A stretch of 64,000 bases of DNA from an uncultured Desulfosarcina sp. GTDB lineage: Bacteria; Desulfobacterota; Desulfobacteria; Desulfobacterales; Desulfosarcinaceae. Within the stretch, counting starts at the first letter, position 1; every line of letters begins with the position of its first letter. The notes below the pieces were generated by a model. The model was not told the DNA's origin, made no database searches, and was given only the letters and a program-made list of their open reading frames with translations. Both the position numbers and the translations under genes were made by a program. The stretch lies in assembly GCA_963674945.2 (NCBI GenBank), contig CAXXWQ010000004.1, positions 992,001-1,056,000 of the forward strand. Reading direction: 5' to 3'. Below are positions 20,159 to 30,464 of this stretch, in pieces.

Positions 20159-22634
20159 GAAAGTGATTTGCAATACATGTTCAGAACACTGCATCTCCGG
20201 GAAAACTATGTGACACCTCCGGCATGATTTGAGGTGCTGCAGCCATTTAGTTCGAATATCATTTGCAGCTCGGTACCGGGGTATTTTACCTGCGCACTGT
20301 TCAGATGCGCAAACAGTTGGCAAAGAGCCCGATTGGCCGCTGGGAACGAAGCGCCGTGCAATCGTATATTCAATTGCTGATTTTCAATATCGGGCAGTAC
20401 ATCGCCTTCGGTCTGGAACAGTGTCTGGAGAAGACTCCGTGCATCCGACGAGTTTACCGTCGGACCCGTGAGCAACCCAACCATTGCCGTCTCTGCACGA
20501 TATGCAATCATACGAACCGTGTCCATCAGGCGTTTTCTGCCCGGTTGTAAACGTAAAAATTTATCTTTTGCTTCAAGTTCTCCCCACGTGATGTGTTTAC
20601 TTGTCTGTTTTCGTTTTTCTTTCAACTCGCTGAGTTGATACTCCATCTTTTCGATTTCTTCTAACAGCTCGGCCTTTTTCTCTATCCACTTCTTAAACTT
20701 TACCGGTTTGTCTTCATTTTCAGGGTGAATGGTCATCTCGGCAAAACAGGCACGACGATATCGTAGCTTGTTCTGCAACGAATTACGGGATTGATTCAAT
20801 TGCCGCCAAACGGGGTTGATTACCCGTTCGGTATCAGGAAATTCAACGACACCATAATCTAAAAGCACATCGATATCAAAATGTTGCATCATATAGTTGA
20901 AAAAGTTTTCCTGACACCACCGGCTGAACATGCGTGCTGCCAATTGAGTATGCGGCAAATCGAAAGCGGTGCTGATTACGCTGGTCTGGTGTCCGGAATC
21001 GGTCAGTTTTCGCACTTGTCGCATCCATGTTGCACCCTTACCAGATCCCACCAAACTACCCATTTCGCAAAGCCGCATCTTCACCACCTCTTTGTTTGGC
21101 ATCGCAACTTCATACTCGGTGAACCAATGCTCCGGCCATGATTCACCAGGATGCTTATGATACGTCATGCAGCCGATTCGATGGCGATCCCACATTTCCT
21201 TGAAGAATGCGGGACTATATCCTTCCCTGTCGAAAACAAGAACGAACCGGCATAAACATGGGTTCTCTTGTAGTTGCTGCAAACCGGGTTGATTCGGAAC
21301 GTCTTGCAACAACCGGGGAACGATATCGTCTCTTAAAACCGCCAATAATCCAGGATCGATCTGCTTTTCGACGACAAAAAAAGGTCGGCCAATCGCATCG
21401 TTAACCCAATAGTCGGTAATGCCCCTCATGCACAATCGTTCCCGGGACACGTAGCGGCGCGGTAGTCGGGTCAATTTTCCATGATAAACACGTACATGCC
21501 CGTCAACATAAAGCGCGCCAACCGATTCGGGCGCCTGTTCCATCCAGTATTTACCGAGGTATGCGGCCCACTTTTCCGCGCCGTGGTCTGCGCTCAACGC
21601 ATCCATCTTGTAACGCAAACAGCGAACCTCCGGTGCACGATCCAAGCCCAATAACTTACCAAATTCTCCCGGAGCATGGCCTCGTATTTTTTCTGTCGTC
21701 TTGATCCTGCATAAGGCCATAAACGAAAGCAGCAACAAGACATGAAAGATCGTGTAATAGCCTTTGACTTGGCCGAGGAACTGTTTTGCGCCGGTAAACA
21801 ACCCGTTTGCCACCAATGACGGTATCGCACAAAGAACGCCTGCTTTGGGAACGTCCAGGCATCTGTCAAAACGAACCGGCGCACCAACCATTTTGCCCAA
21901 TGATGCCAATATGCGTTCCCCGACTCGGTTGCAAGCCGTCCCCATACCATCGGCAGCAGCCATGTCGACCATGTCCCGATCTGATTTGGTTAGACACGGT
22001 TCACCAATCCTTGATTCGATTAACCGACCATCATCTATAGCTTTGCGAAACGTATCGTATTTAATGCCAAGTTCCAGGGCGGCATCTTTTTTCGAGCACC
22101 CTTGATCCAGTAAACGTTGGGCTTGTTCAAGCACCTCAGGTTTGAAAACCTTGCCGCCGCGTCGTCCCCGCCGCTGAACGAAAAATGCCTCGGCGCCGCC
22201 GGACCTGAGTTTGTTCACGGATCGGATGACATTGCTCTTGGATACGCCGAATGTGTTTTGGATATCGATCTGGCGGCAAGCTCCGGATTCAACCAGTTGG
22301 GCTGTTATCATCCGAAACATTCGTTGATCGCCTTGTCTGTGAGAATAAATCGGAACGGTCGATAGAAAATAGGTCCAGGTCGTATCGTCACGAAATACAC
22401 TGACAAGCCCGTTGATTTGTCTTGCACCGCGAGGAATAAGTGGTAGTATCTGTTGAGGCATGGCATCCTTTTCCTTTCATTTATCCGCCAAGATAATAAG
22501 GTTAAAGGTGCCATGTTCATTTTCCGGTTGCAATACCTTACCGGCCTGCTGGATTCAGACTCCTATCTTTCTGTTTTTCAACCACTTACATTATGTTTTG
22601 CTTGCCATATGCAACAATTAGGAAATCAAGTTTC
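20159..22634 (-). mobile_element. Insertion element carrying a 751-aa putative DDE transposase
   Basis: Imperfect inverted ends GAAAGTGATTTGC / GAAACTTGATTTCC; splits a secreted-protein gene; boundaries approximate. Confidence 0.6.
20206..22461 (-). CDS. Putative transposase (N-terminal HTHs, DDE core)
   Basis: YVDGHVRVY, VFDREG and RWCQENFF acidic motifs; HTH-like FGVSKSNVIRS and AALELGIKYDT. Confidence 0.8.
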   Translation of the reverse strand: MPQQILPLIPRGARQINGLVSVFRDDTTWTYFLSTVPIYSHRQGDQRMFRMITAQLVESGACRQIDIQNTFGVSKSNVIRSVNKLRSGGAEAFFVQRRGRRGGKVFKPEVLEQAQRLLDQGCSKKDAALELGIKYDTFRKAIDDGRLIESRIGEPCLTKSDRDMVDMAAADGMGTACNRVGERILASLGKMVGAPVRFDRCLDVPKAGVLCAIPSLVANGLFTGAKQFLGQVKGYYTIFHVLLLLSFMALCRIKTTEKIRGHAPGEFGKLLGLDRAPEVRCLRYKMDALSADHGAEKWAAYLGKYWMEQAPESVGALYVDGHVRVYHGKLTRLPRRYVSRERLCMRGITDYWVNDAIGRPFFVVEKQIDPGLLAVLRDDIVPRLLQDVPNQPGLQQLQENPCLCRFVLVFDREGYSPAFFKEMWDRHRIGCMTYHKHPGESWPEHWFTEYEVAMPNKEVVKMRLCEMGSLVGSGKGATWMRQVRKLTDSGHQTSVISTAFDLPHTQLAARMFSRWCQENFFNYMMQHFDIDVLLDYGVVEFPDTERVINPVWRQLNQSRNSLQNKLRYRRACFAEMTIHPENEDKPVKFKKWIEKKAELLEEIEKMEYQLSELKEKRKQTSKHITWGELEAKDKFLRLQPGRKRLMDTVRMIAYRAETAMVGLLTGPTVNSSDARSLLQTLFQTEGDVLPDIENQQLNIRLHGASFPAANRALCQLFAHLNSAQVKYPGTELQMIFELNGCSTSNHAGGVT

Positions 22635-23426
22635 CTGATGTTAGAAAATTTCGAAAACACTTTTAATTCGAATGCAGATGTGGGGTTTTTGCCATCCGGA
22701 TGGTCGCTCTATTATGACAGCGGCAAAGTTGTATTTAATCAAGGGGCAGATAGCCATCATGGAAAATCCAGTCTTCATGCAGATGTACAATACCACCCGA
22801 CTGATTATTCAATTATCGAAACTGTTATTTCAGGGGAACCTGGCAGTACAATAGATTTGCAAATTCAGGTCAAAAGCTTACCTGAAGATGGCGCTATTGC
22901 CCAAATTCGATTTGCCATTTGGGAGGCATTTTCAAACCCTGAAGTTATTATGACTTCATATTCAAATCCCAACAATGAATGGGTTACAATAAGATTAGAT
23001 GAAATAGAAATTGATTCTGATGGCGAATTCATCTTCGAAATCAGTATCGCACAAGTGAACTCCGCCGGATATACGGATGTATATTTTGATTGCCTCACTT
23101 CCAATGATAGTAACCTGCAATTGAAAAATAAAGTGACCGAATTTTCTGTAACGTTTCAAGCGAACGTTGGGGGATCTATAACAGGTGACCTGGTTCAGGA
23201 GGTTCGTGATGGTGGCGATTGTACGCCTGTGACAGCAGTTGCCAATCAAGGATACATGTTCACTGGTTGGAGTGGTGACTATACCGGCACTGAGAACACG
23301 CTAACCATTACCAACGTAACTTCCGACATGACGATTATTGCAAACTTTACACAAACCCGTGGCGGCGTCGATGTCGGTGATGGTGGGGGTGGCGGTGGCT
23401 GCTTTATCAGCACACTGACAAGATAA
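22635..23426 (+). pseudogene. 3' part of a secreted protein with an InlB-B/Flg_new-type repeat and a GGGGCFI C-terminal tail
   Basis: TPVTAVANQGYMFTGWSGD...ITNVTSDMTIIANF repeat; ends GGGGGGCFISTLTR. Confidence 0.7.
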
Positions 23427-23650
23427 TTATCCCGATTTTCCCTTTTAAAAAAAGACGGTCATCAAAAAATGGGACCGCCATAGTTCTCCTTCGCCTGCAT
23501 TTGTAAACAGTATAAGCGTTGTGATATCAACAACCTGTACGACCTAAAACAGATCTATCGGGATAAGAGGCAATGTCTCACACAGCATCCTGACTGATAC
23601 GAGTGAAAAGAGGGATTGCGGGAAGTATGTTAATTCGCCAGAGATCGCAT

Positions 23651-24271
23651 TCACAGACGAAACGAATCTCGATATTTTTTTGCCAGTGGGTCCTCCCCGT
23701 TCGGAAACATGGCACCGAATGGTTCAAAGACTTCGATATCCGTCAACGTACAAAAGTGCATGCCTTTTTTGCTACCCGTCATCATCAATGGCCTGGCTTT
23801 TTGAACATCCAACCCGCCATTCGAATTGAGGACCTCATCGGCCACTTCCAGGCGCAGCAATTTCCCCATGACCAGCACATAATTTGTCTCTTCATAGGTT
23901 TTGAACAATTCGCATTCCATCCAAGCGTAGCTTCCGGCAATTCCAGGAGCACGAATTGTTTCCGAGGGCTTCTCATTCAATCCTGCCAACTCGAATTCAT
24001 CGACCTCCGGCAGAGAGTACTTTGCCGTGGGGACGACCTTGTCCGAAAAATCGATACCCACCAGATTCACCACGAACTCTCGCGTTTCCCGGATATTGAC
24101 CAACGTATCTCTTCTGAAGGACGAGGCGAGACAAATCAGGTCTAAGGGGCGAAGCACCGGCATGATGCAGGAATAGGGCGCGATGTTTCGCACGCCATCT
24201 TGGCTGAGGGTTGATATCAATGCCACGGGCAGCGGCATGAGGCCTTCTCGCATAAAGGGTTTCAAAATCAT
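23651..24271 (-). CDS. Flavin reductase (DIM6/NTAB) family protein
   Basis: PLPVALIST, NIAPYS, DTLVNIRETREFVVN and MEC. Confidence 0.88.
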   Translation of the reverse strand: MILKPFMREGLMPLPVALISTLSQDGVRNIAPYSCIMPVLRPLDLICLASSFRRDTLVNIRETREFVVNLVGIDFSDKVVPTAKYSLPEVDEFELAGLNEKPSETIRAPGIAGSYAWMECELFKTYEETNYVLVMGKLLRLEVADEVLNSNGGLDVQKARPLMMTGSKKGMHFCTLTDIEVFEPFGAMFPNGEDPLAKKYRDSFRL

Positions 24272-24291
24272 GGTATTTCTCCCCCACTTTT

Positions 24292-24912
24292 TCAAAGACA
24301 ATCCCGGCAGACCCTTTGTCCGCCCGAAGTTTCCATTTTCGAGGGCATGGTGGGCTCACCGCAGATGGCGCAGGGTTCGGAGGGTTCAATGCGGGCTCTG
24401 GGCGGTGGCTCTATTTCCACGGCCGTGATATGGAAAAGTTCTTCCGCGGGAGTTTCAAGGATCTGTCGGGCGCGCTCCAAATGAATCTCATTGAACCGCT
24501 GCCTCTCCTCGTCCGCAATATTGCCGTCAATCACTTTCCGGATCAGTCCCATGTGTTCCTTGTCCGGCCGGAAAGCGTTTGTCCTCAAGGAGACCCTGAC
24601 GCCACTTCCCGTATTCCGGGAAAAGAGTGTCAAGACCATCTTGCCGTGGTCCTTGTAGATAAAATTGCCCTTGCCGAAGGTGCATCCCGTGAGCACCTGC
24701 ACCGCATCGGCCGAGCAGGCGTCCGTCTCCACGACGGCCACCACCTCTTCATCCTCGGCCCGGCTCGCCCGCAAATGGTCCAGCGCAGTTCGAGCCGCCT
24801 TAAAGCCAATGGAGAGGCCCGGGCAAACATGGCCATGAAACGCCTTGCATTTTTTGAAATCCTCGCTGTTCATGATATCGTCTGCTGTCATGATCGGCAT
24901 CCTTTCCATCAA
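24292..24912 (-). CDS. FmdE-family protein with C-terminal zinc finger
   Basis: FHGHVCPG, ETDACSADAVQ, GCTFGKGN and CAICGE...CRDC. Confidence 0.9.
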   Translation of the reverse strand: MMERMPIMTADDIMNSEDFKKCKAFHGHVCPGLSIGFKAARTALDHLRASRAEDEEVVAVVETDACSADAVQVLTGCTFGKGNFIYKDHGKMVLTLFSRNTGSGVRVSLRTNAFRPDKEHMGLIRKVIDGNIADEERQRFNEIHLERARQILETPAEELFHITAVEIEPPPRARIEPSEPCAICGEPTMPSKMETSGGQRVCRDCL

Positions 24913-26006
24913 TTTACAAACTTCGCTTTTTGTCCGATGGGACCGTAATCGTTCTGCATGCTTTGATATACGGGATTTCCCACTAAAAATGTATAAATTT
25001 CATCCGCTTTTTGTTGCAGGTTCACATCTTCAAACTGCTTTTCGAATAATATTTTCCCAATCGCATAAGCATCGGCCAATGCCGTACAGATGTTGGTCGT
25101 GTACCAGTTAAACGGATGGAGCGTATAGACCCGGCTGGTGGAAAATGCTTTCAACGCATGATAAATTTCCGGTTTCTTCCGATAATCCTCCTGGACGAGA
25201 GCTATTCCGCCGCAATCGATGAAAACAACGTCCGGATTCAATTTCAACAACGTCTCCTTGTCCATGACCACATGGCTGCCGATACTGGCTTGAACATGTT
25301 CGGCAATGTTTCTTGCACCAACCCATGTAAACGGGATATAACGTTTTTCCGTACTTTCAATGCCTTGGATACCGCGGTAACCAATGCCGCCAACATAGAC
25401 TGTCGGTTTCGAATCTTCGGGGATCACCTCGGTCCGCAAGCGCATGTCCTTTCGAAGGGATTCGATATATGCCACAACCTCATCGGCCCGTTTCTCACGG
25501 TTCAAAATTCTCCCGGACGTGCGGATGGCATCGTAGACAGCTTCATCGAAAGTAGCGAAAGCACCATAACTCAATACTACCACAGGAATTCCAACGGTCC
25601 GCGCTACCTCATCCGCCAGTGAGGCGTCCATGTAAGTAATGAATATCACCTGCGGTTTGAGTGCAAGCAAGGCTTCAAGGTCCGGCTTCTTGTTGATGCC
25701 GGCAGGACCGCCCGGTCCGCAACGGGGCAATTTGGAAAGTTCCGGGTGAGCAATCCAGTATGGTCGGCCGCCGGGGTTCATTTTTTCCATATCTTCCACG
25801 CCGACGACTTTCGACGCTGCCTGAAGATAGACAATCAACCGAAGCGCGCCAGGCCCCAAACAAACGATCCGGTCCGGATCAAAGGGGGCTGTCACGTGCC
25901 GCCCGGCCATATCTGTCACCTCGATCGTCCGGGCGGCAGTGCAAATGGTAGATAGCGCCAGTATTACGGCAAGAACGCAGATGGAACAAAGACCGATCTT
26001 CTTCAT
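24909..26006 (-). CDS. ABC transporter substrate-binding protein, iron-siderophore/cobalamin class
   Basis: Signal peptide, VTDMAGR...RIVCLG, PDLEALLALKPQVI and ETLLKLNPDVVF. Confidence 0.9.
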   Translation of the reverse strand: MKKIGLCSICVLAVILALSTICTAARTIEVTDMAGRHVTAPFDPDRIVCLGPGALRLIVYLQAASKVVGVEDMEKMNPGGRPYWIAHPELSKLPRCGPGGPAGINKKPDLEALLALKPQVIFITYMDASLADEVARTVGIPVVVLSYGAFATFDEAVYDAIRTSGRILNREKRADEVVAYIESLRKDMRLRTEVIPEDSKPTVYVGGIGYRGIQGIESTEKRYIPFTWVGARNIAEHVQASIGSHVVMDKETLLKLNPDVVFIDCGGIALVQEDYRKKPEIYHALKAFSTSRVYTLHPFNWYTTNICTALADAYAIGKILFEKQFEDVNLQQKADEIYTFLVGNPVYQSMQNDYGPIGQKAKFVN

Positions 26007-26023
26007 GTACTTCTCCTTAACAT

Positions 26024-26776
26024 CTATAGGGGCACTACGATGGTATGACCCTCGAATTGTTTTAACGCCACCTCAATACCATAAACATCTCGAATCACCT
26101 TTTCGTTCAACGTTTTCCTGTTTGAAATAAAATGAACTTTTCCTTCTTTTAAGAAGAGGAAAATTTCGGCAAACCGAACTGCGATATTCAGGTCATGAAT
26201 AGCGATAATCGTCGAGATTCCGTAGGTTTTTGAAAGGTCCCGGATCAGACGCATCACTTCGATCTGATTTTTCAAATCAAGGTTGCTTGTGGGCTCATCC
26301 AGCAGAAGAACTTTGGGTGTCTGTGCCAATGCCCGGGCGATGATGACTTTTTGAAGTTGCCCGCCGCTCAGATCACATACACGTCTCATTGAAAGCGATT
26401 CTAAACCAATTCGCTGAAGGATGCTTTCAACGATGGCATAATCTTTTGGCCCGGCTTTTAATCCCATGTGGGGTTTACGACCCATCAGAACCGTCTCGAA
26501 AACGTTCATGCCGGAATCAAAATGGCGCTGGGGCACATACCCGATATGACGGGCGACGTTTGCCCGGCGCATATCGGATATTTTTTTCCCATCCAGCAGC
26601 ACGGTCCCTCGATGAGGAGATAGAATTCGATTCAAGCATTTAAGAAGCGTCGACTTGCCGGCTCCGTTCACCCCCAGGATGCACATCATGGTACCACTTT
26701 CAACGCGAAAACTCACTTTTGAAAGCACGGGATGACTGTTATACGAAAAGCATATGCCGTCTGCGACGAACTTCAT
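26024..26776 (-). CDS. ABC transporter ATP-binding protein (FecE/BtuD class)
   Basis: GVNGAGKST, LSGGQ, LLLDEPT and HDLN. Confidence 0.93.
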   Translation of the reverse strand: MKFVADGICFSYNSHPVLSKVSFRVESGTMMCILGVNGAGKSTLLKCLNRILSPHRGTVLLDGKKISDMRRANVARHIGYVPQRHFDSGMNVFETVLMGRKPHMGLKAGPKDYAIVESILQRIGLESLSMRRVCDLSGGQLQKVIIARALAQTPKVLLLDEPTSNLDLKNQIEVMRLIRDLSKTYGISTIIAIHDLNIAVRFAEIFLFLKEGKVHFISNRKTLNEKVIRDVYGIEVALKQFEGHTIVVPL

Positions 26777-27849
26777 TTGTGCTCCTTGACGAGAAAATAG
26801 AGGAACACAGGCGCTCCCAGAAACGAGGTGATCACACCCACCGGCAATGATCCGGAACCGATGAAAAACCGCCCGAAGGTATCGGCGGTAAGCAGCAATA
26901 TTGCGCCCAGAACTGCGGAAAATGGGATTAATATGCAATGATCGTCACCCACAAGACGCCTTGCGGTATGGGGTGCGATCAGACCGAGAAAACCGATGAT
27001 GCCGTGAAAACTGGTTGCCAGGGCAGCAACGATTGTCACGATGGCCATACCGGTGAGACGGATCGTATTCACACTGATACCAAGTCCTTTTGCTGTCTCA
27101 TCCCCTAAGGAAAAGGCATTTAAGTCCCACCGGAATATTACAAGGAAAGTCGAAATCAGAAACACGGCGCCTGCCAGCAATCCGATTTCCTTCCAGCTGG
27201 AACGGGCCACATCCCCGAAGGTCCAAAAAACGACCTGGGCCAGTTCAGTCTCGGTGGCAATGTATTGAATCAGGTAGATTCCCGAAAGAAACAAAGAATG
27301 CATTGCCACGCCTGCCAGAATAATGGCCGTCGGCGAGAGTCTTTTGAATTTTGCCAAAAACAGAATCACAAGGGTTGCGGTCATTCCGCCGGCGAAAGCG
27401 AATGCCGTAACCGAAACCATGCCTGTACCGAATATCACAATGGCGGCAGCGGCGCCGAATGCGGCCCCGTGACTGATTCCGAAGGTAATGGGGGAGCCTA
27501 AGGGATTTCGCAAAAGCGTCTGCAGACATAGTCCCGACAGGGAAAGTCCCCAACCGCAAAGGATGGCAGCCACCACTCTTGGCAGCCGGATATTGGTAAT
27601 CACCACGGCGGTGGTGGCATCGGTGTTGCCAGTCAGTGCGCCGAACAACCCTTTTACAGGGATATCATAGGCCCCTTTTGCAACCGCAAATACGGCGACG
27701 AGAAAAATCACCCCGAGAAACAAAGCCAAGAGATAGTACTTTTTGTGGACGTGTTTCAAATAGACGGACGTAATGGTGCCGGGGGATGCGCCATACTGGT
27801 TGCCGGAATCTTTGATTGTACTGGTAAAATGTTCTATCCCACTTTCCAC
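26773..27849 (-). CDS. FecCD/BtuC-family ABC permease
   Basis: IRLPR, QTLLRNPLGSP, GDETAKGLG, IGFLGLIAPH and LPVGVITS. Confidence 0.93.
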   Translation of the reverse strand: MESGIEHFTSTIKDSGNQYGASPGTITSVYLKHVHKKYYLLALFLGVIFLVAVFAVAKGAYDIPVKGLFGALTGNTDATTAVVITNIRLPRVVAAILCGWGLSLSGLCLQTLLRNPLGSPITFGISHGAAFGAAAAIVIFGTGMVSVTAFAFAGGMTATLVILFLAKFKRLSPTAIILAGVAMHSLFLSGIYLIQYIATETELAQVVFWTFGDVARSSWKEIGLLAGAVFLISTFLVIFRWDLNAFSLGDETAKGLGISVNTIRLTGMAIVTIVAALATSFHGIIGFLGLIAPHTARRLVGDDHCILIPFSAVLGAILLLTADTFGRFFIGSGSLPVGVITSFLGAPVFLYFLVKEHK

Positions 27850-27958
27850 ACCAAAATTCCCTCTTCAACGTCTGTCGTGTGGCGAATCAAGCCGTCTTTT
27901 TCATGACAGACCAATTATTTGATCTTAGCTCCATGAATAATTCACAAGTCCGTTAAAA

Positions 27959-28015
27959 ATAAAAAAGCCACGAGGTCACGTCGCAGTTCTGGTGCGATGA
28001 AACCTTCGTGGCTTT
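27959..28015 (-). terminator. Leader hairpin/intrinsic terminator (possible attenuator) of the ABC operon
   Basis: Minus strand AAAGCCACGAAGG...CCTCGTGGCTTTTTTAT, between promoter and start codon. Confidence 0.65.
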
Positions 28016-28130
28016 GGTGTTCGTTACGAGAGCCCCTCCCTGTCCGGGGATGAGGCCGCTGGCAATCGGTTTCTACGAAATAGTGTGCCTGCAGGCAGTG
28101 TGGTCGGCTTCGGCCGCCGAATGACTGCCT

Positions 28131-28159
28131 TACATATTGAATCGTTCAATGGATGTCAA
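28131..28159 (-). promoter_or_regulatory. Sigma70-type promoter
   Basis: TTGACA-N17-TATGTA on the minus strand; the spacer contains palindrome TTGAA-CGA-TTCAA. Confidence 0.5.
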
Positions 28160-28228
28160 GCGATTCGTCGGCGGTCGTCAATGGATAACAATGGGGTTAA
28201 TGGAACCGTTGTTTGCCAAAAGGTTAGA

Positions 28229-28660
28229 CTACATCTCAAATTGAATCCCGACCACGCCGTTGATGCCGGGCATGGGATAGCCGGGCTGGTACTCGTAGTC
28301 CACATCGGTCAGATTCTCGCCGGCCACGAACAGTTCTCCTTTATATTTGCCGGCCATCCAGTCGAACATGTAGCTGAGTTTGCCGTTAACCAGATAGTAG
28401 CTGTCCACGGTATCGTCGTTCGCGGTATCGGCCCTGCGCGTCTGCGAGTTGACATGGATCGAGGAGACATCAAATCCAGCAAGGGATGATTCCAGACACT
28501 CATGAACATGGGCGCACCACCCACCAGGGTCTTGATTTCTGCCCCCGGTCGGCTCGATCCCATGCCGCGGATGAAAATGCCGCCTCCCTCCGCCCCACCG
28601 AAGGACCCCACCGGATTGAAGCGCGACATGTTGACGCCGGGGGGCTGGCGCAAAGCGGTT
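28229..28660 (-). pseudogene. TonB-dependent receptor remnant (plug fragment joined to the last beta-strands)
   Basis: LRQPPGV...IFIRGMG...NHPLLDLMS in one frame and ENLTDVDYEYQPGYPMPG...GIQFEM in another. Confidence 0.8.
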
Positions 28661-28701
28661 TCGATCCGTTACGATGGAGAACGCCGTGAGGCATCGGCGA
28701 C

Positions 28702-29307
28702 TTGGCAAGCACCGCCGGAGCGAAAATGGCCACCGACTTGATGGGTGTCATGCACATGCTGACATACGGATGTTTCGATCTCGGATTTCTCAGCGGCGCA
28801 CAGGTCGATAAATTTGGAAATGTCAATTCGACGATAATCGGCGACTATTATCACCCCAAAGTCAGATTTCCCGGCTCAGGAGGCGCGAATGCCATTTCCA
28901 CCTTTTCCAAAAGGCATGTGCTGATAATGGTGCATCGAAAACATCAATTTGTGGATAAGGTTGATTATCTCACTTCTCCCGGATATTTTACCGGCCCAGG
29001 CCAACGCGAAGCGGCCGGTTGTCGCCCGGGCAGCGGGCCTTGCGCGGTTATTACGACATTGGGAACTCTTAAATTCGATGATGAAACCAAAGAAATGTAT
29101 TTGGATACGGTCCATCCGAATGTGACGGTGGAACAAGTCAAGGAAAATACAACCTGGGATCTCAAAGTATCACCCAACGTCGGCGTAACAGAGCCGCCGA
29201 CCGTTGAAGAGATCCGGATTATGCGCGAAGAACTGGATCCTTATGCCATTTACCTCAAGAGGGAAGAATTTCAAAAAAAGGCGATCGAATTTTTAATTAA
29301 CAAATAA
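28702..29307 (+). pseudogene. CoA-transferase beta subunit (GctB-like), N-terminally truncated
   Basis: FLSGAQVDKFGNVNST, GSGGAN and VDKVDYLTSPG; lacks the N-terminus and an alpha-subunit partner. Confidence 0.75.
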
Positions 29308-29354
29308 GATATTTTTGAACTCAGGGAAGTCTTGAAAGTCTGAAAGCAGTTACG

Positions 29355-30464
29355 TTATGCATAAAACCCGCGTGCATCGACGCGTTCTTTCTCCAGTCCT
29401 TTTTGTGTGAGCAGATAGAACTCGTCATACTGATTGACACAATGACTCACGGCGACGGGAACGATGCTTAGGCGCTGCCCGATTTTCGGTGGCGTTTTGC
29501 ATCGGCTGACGTCGACCCAGCCGTGCTCTTCGTGGAGACGGAAAATGCGCGCCTCGGGATATTCGGGGATAAAGCCCATTTCGAGATTCTCGTGCCGCAA
29601 AAGCTGCTTGGCGGACAAGGCCTTGGCGCCGGCGTCGATGATCACCTGACCGGCAACGACGTCCGAAACCACGGTGGCGATCACGCGGGCCGCACATTCG
29701 TCGAGTGTGCAATGCTCAAATTTTAGGCTGAAATAATCCTGATAAACGGCCGTGCCGGCCCGGATTTCGTTGACGTACTTCACCCGATGGGTGTTGAAAA
29801 TCGACGGGGTCGAGCCGGACGAAACGATTTTGGGTTTGAGGCCGGCGGCACACAAGGCCTCGTGGGCCGGTTCCCACAACCGGTTGATCTGTTTGAAGCT
29901 GTCGGCTGATCCGGCGGCATCGCCGTAAAGGTGACCCAGATAAAGCTGAACGCCGTCGAAGCGAAGGCCCTTGCGATCGGCGGCCAAACGGGCGAGACGG
30001 GTGACTTGTCCGGGATCGGCCACGCCGCAGCGGTGAAGCCCCGCGTCGAACATGATCAGAATACCGATGGTCGATTGATGAACGGCAGCGGCATCTGCCA
30101 GTTGGTCGATCAGATACTCGGTGTCGGCGGCAACACGGATGCAGTGCGTGCACGCCAATCTGGCCAAGGATGTGGCACGCCACTTACCCACCGCCGGATA
30201 GGCGACCAGGATATCGAGATCTTGGATTGCCGACATGACCTTGGCCTCGCCGACCTTGGCCACGGCAATGCCAACGGCCCCGGCCTCGAGCTGCATCCGG
30301 GCAATGCGAAGGGATTTGTGCGTCTTGATATGGGGGCGGACGGCGAACCCGTTGCGGCCCCCATACTCCTGGACCCGCCGGACATTTTTTCTGGCAATGG
30401 CCTCGTCGATCAAGAGGAAAGGCGTTGGAACGGATGCGGTGAAGGCGTCCAGGTTATCGACCAT
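29355..30464 (-). CDS. Fold-type III PLP enzyme (D-threonine aldolase/D-serine dehydratase/alanine racemase-like)
   Basis: RPHIKTHK (PLP Lys), AKVGEA, DAGLHRCGV, SGSTP, EIRAG, IDAGAKALS and EEHG. Confidence 0.88.
   Translation of the reverse strand: MVDNLDAFTASVPTPFLLIDEAIARKNVRRVQEYGGRNGFAVRPHIKTHKSLRIARMQLEAGAVGIAVAKVGEAKVMSAIQDLDILVAYPAVGKWRATSLARLACTHCIRVAADTEYLIDQLADAAAVHQSTIGILIMFDAGLHRCGVADPGQVTRLARLAADRKGLRFDGVQLYLGHLYGDAAGSADSFKQINRLWEPAHEALCAAGLKPKIVSSGSTPSIFNTHRVKYVNEIRAGTAVYQDYFSLKFEHCTLDECAARVIATVVSDVVAGQVIIDAGAKALSAKQLLRHENLEMGFIPEYPEARIFRLHEEHGWVDVSRCKTPPKIGQRLSIVPVAVSHCVNQYDEFYLLTQKGLEKERVDARGFYA

Noticed and set aside
28020..28130. Cobalamin or Moco riboswitch before the ABC operon
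   Set aside because: Hairpins exist, but I could not find a B12 box or the Moco consensus
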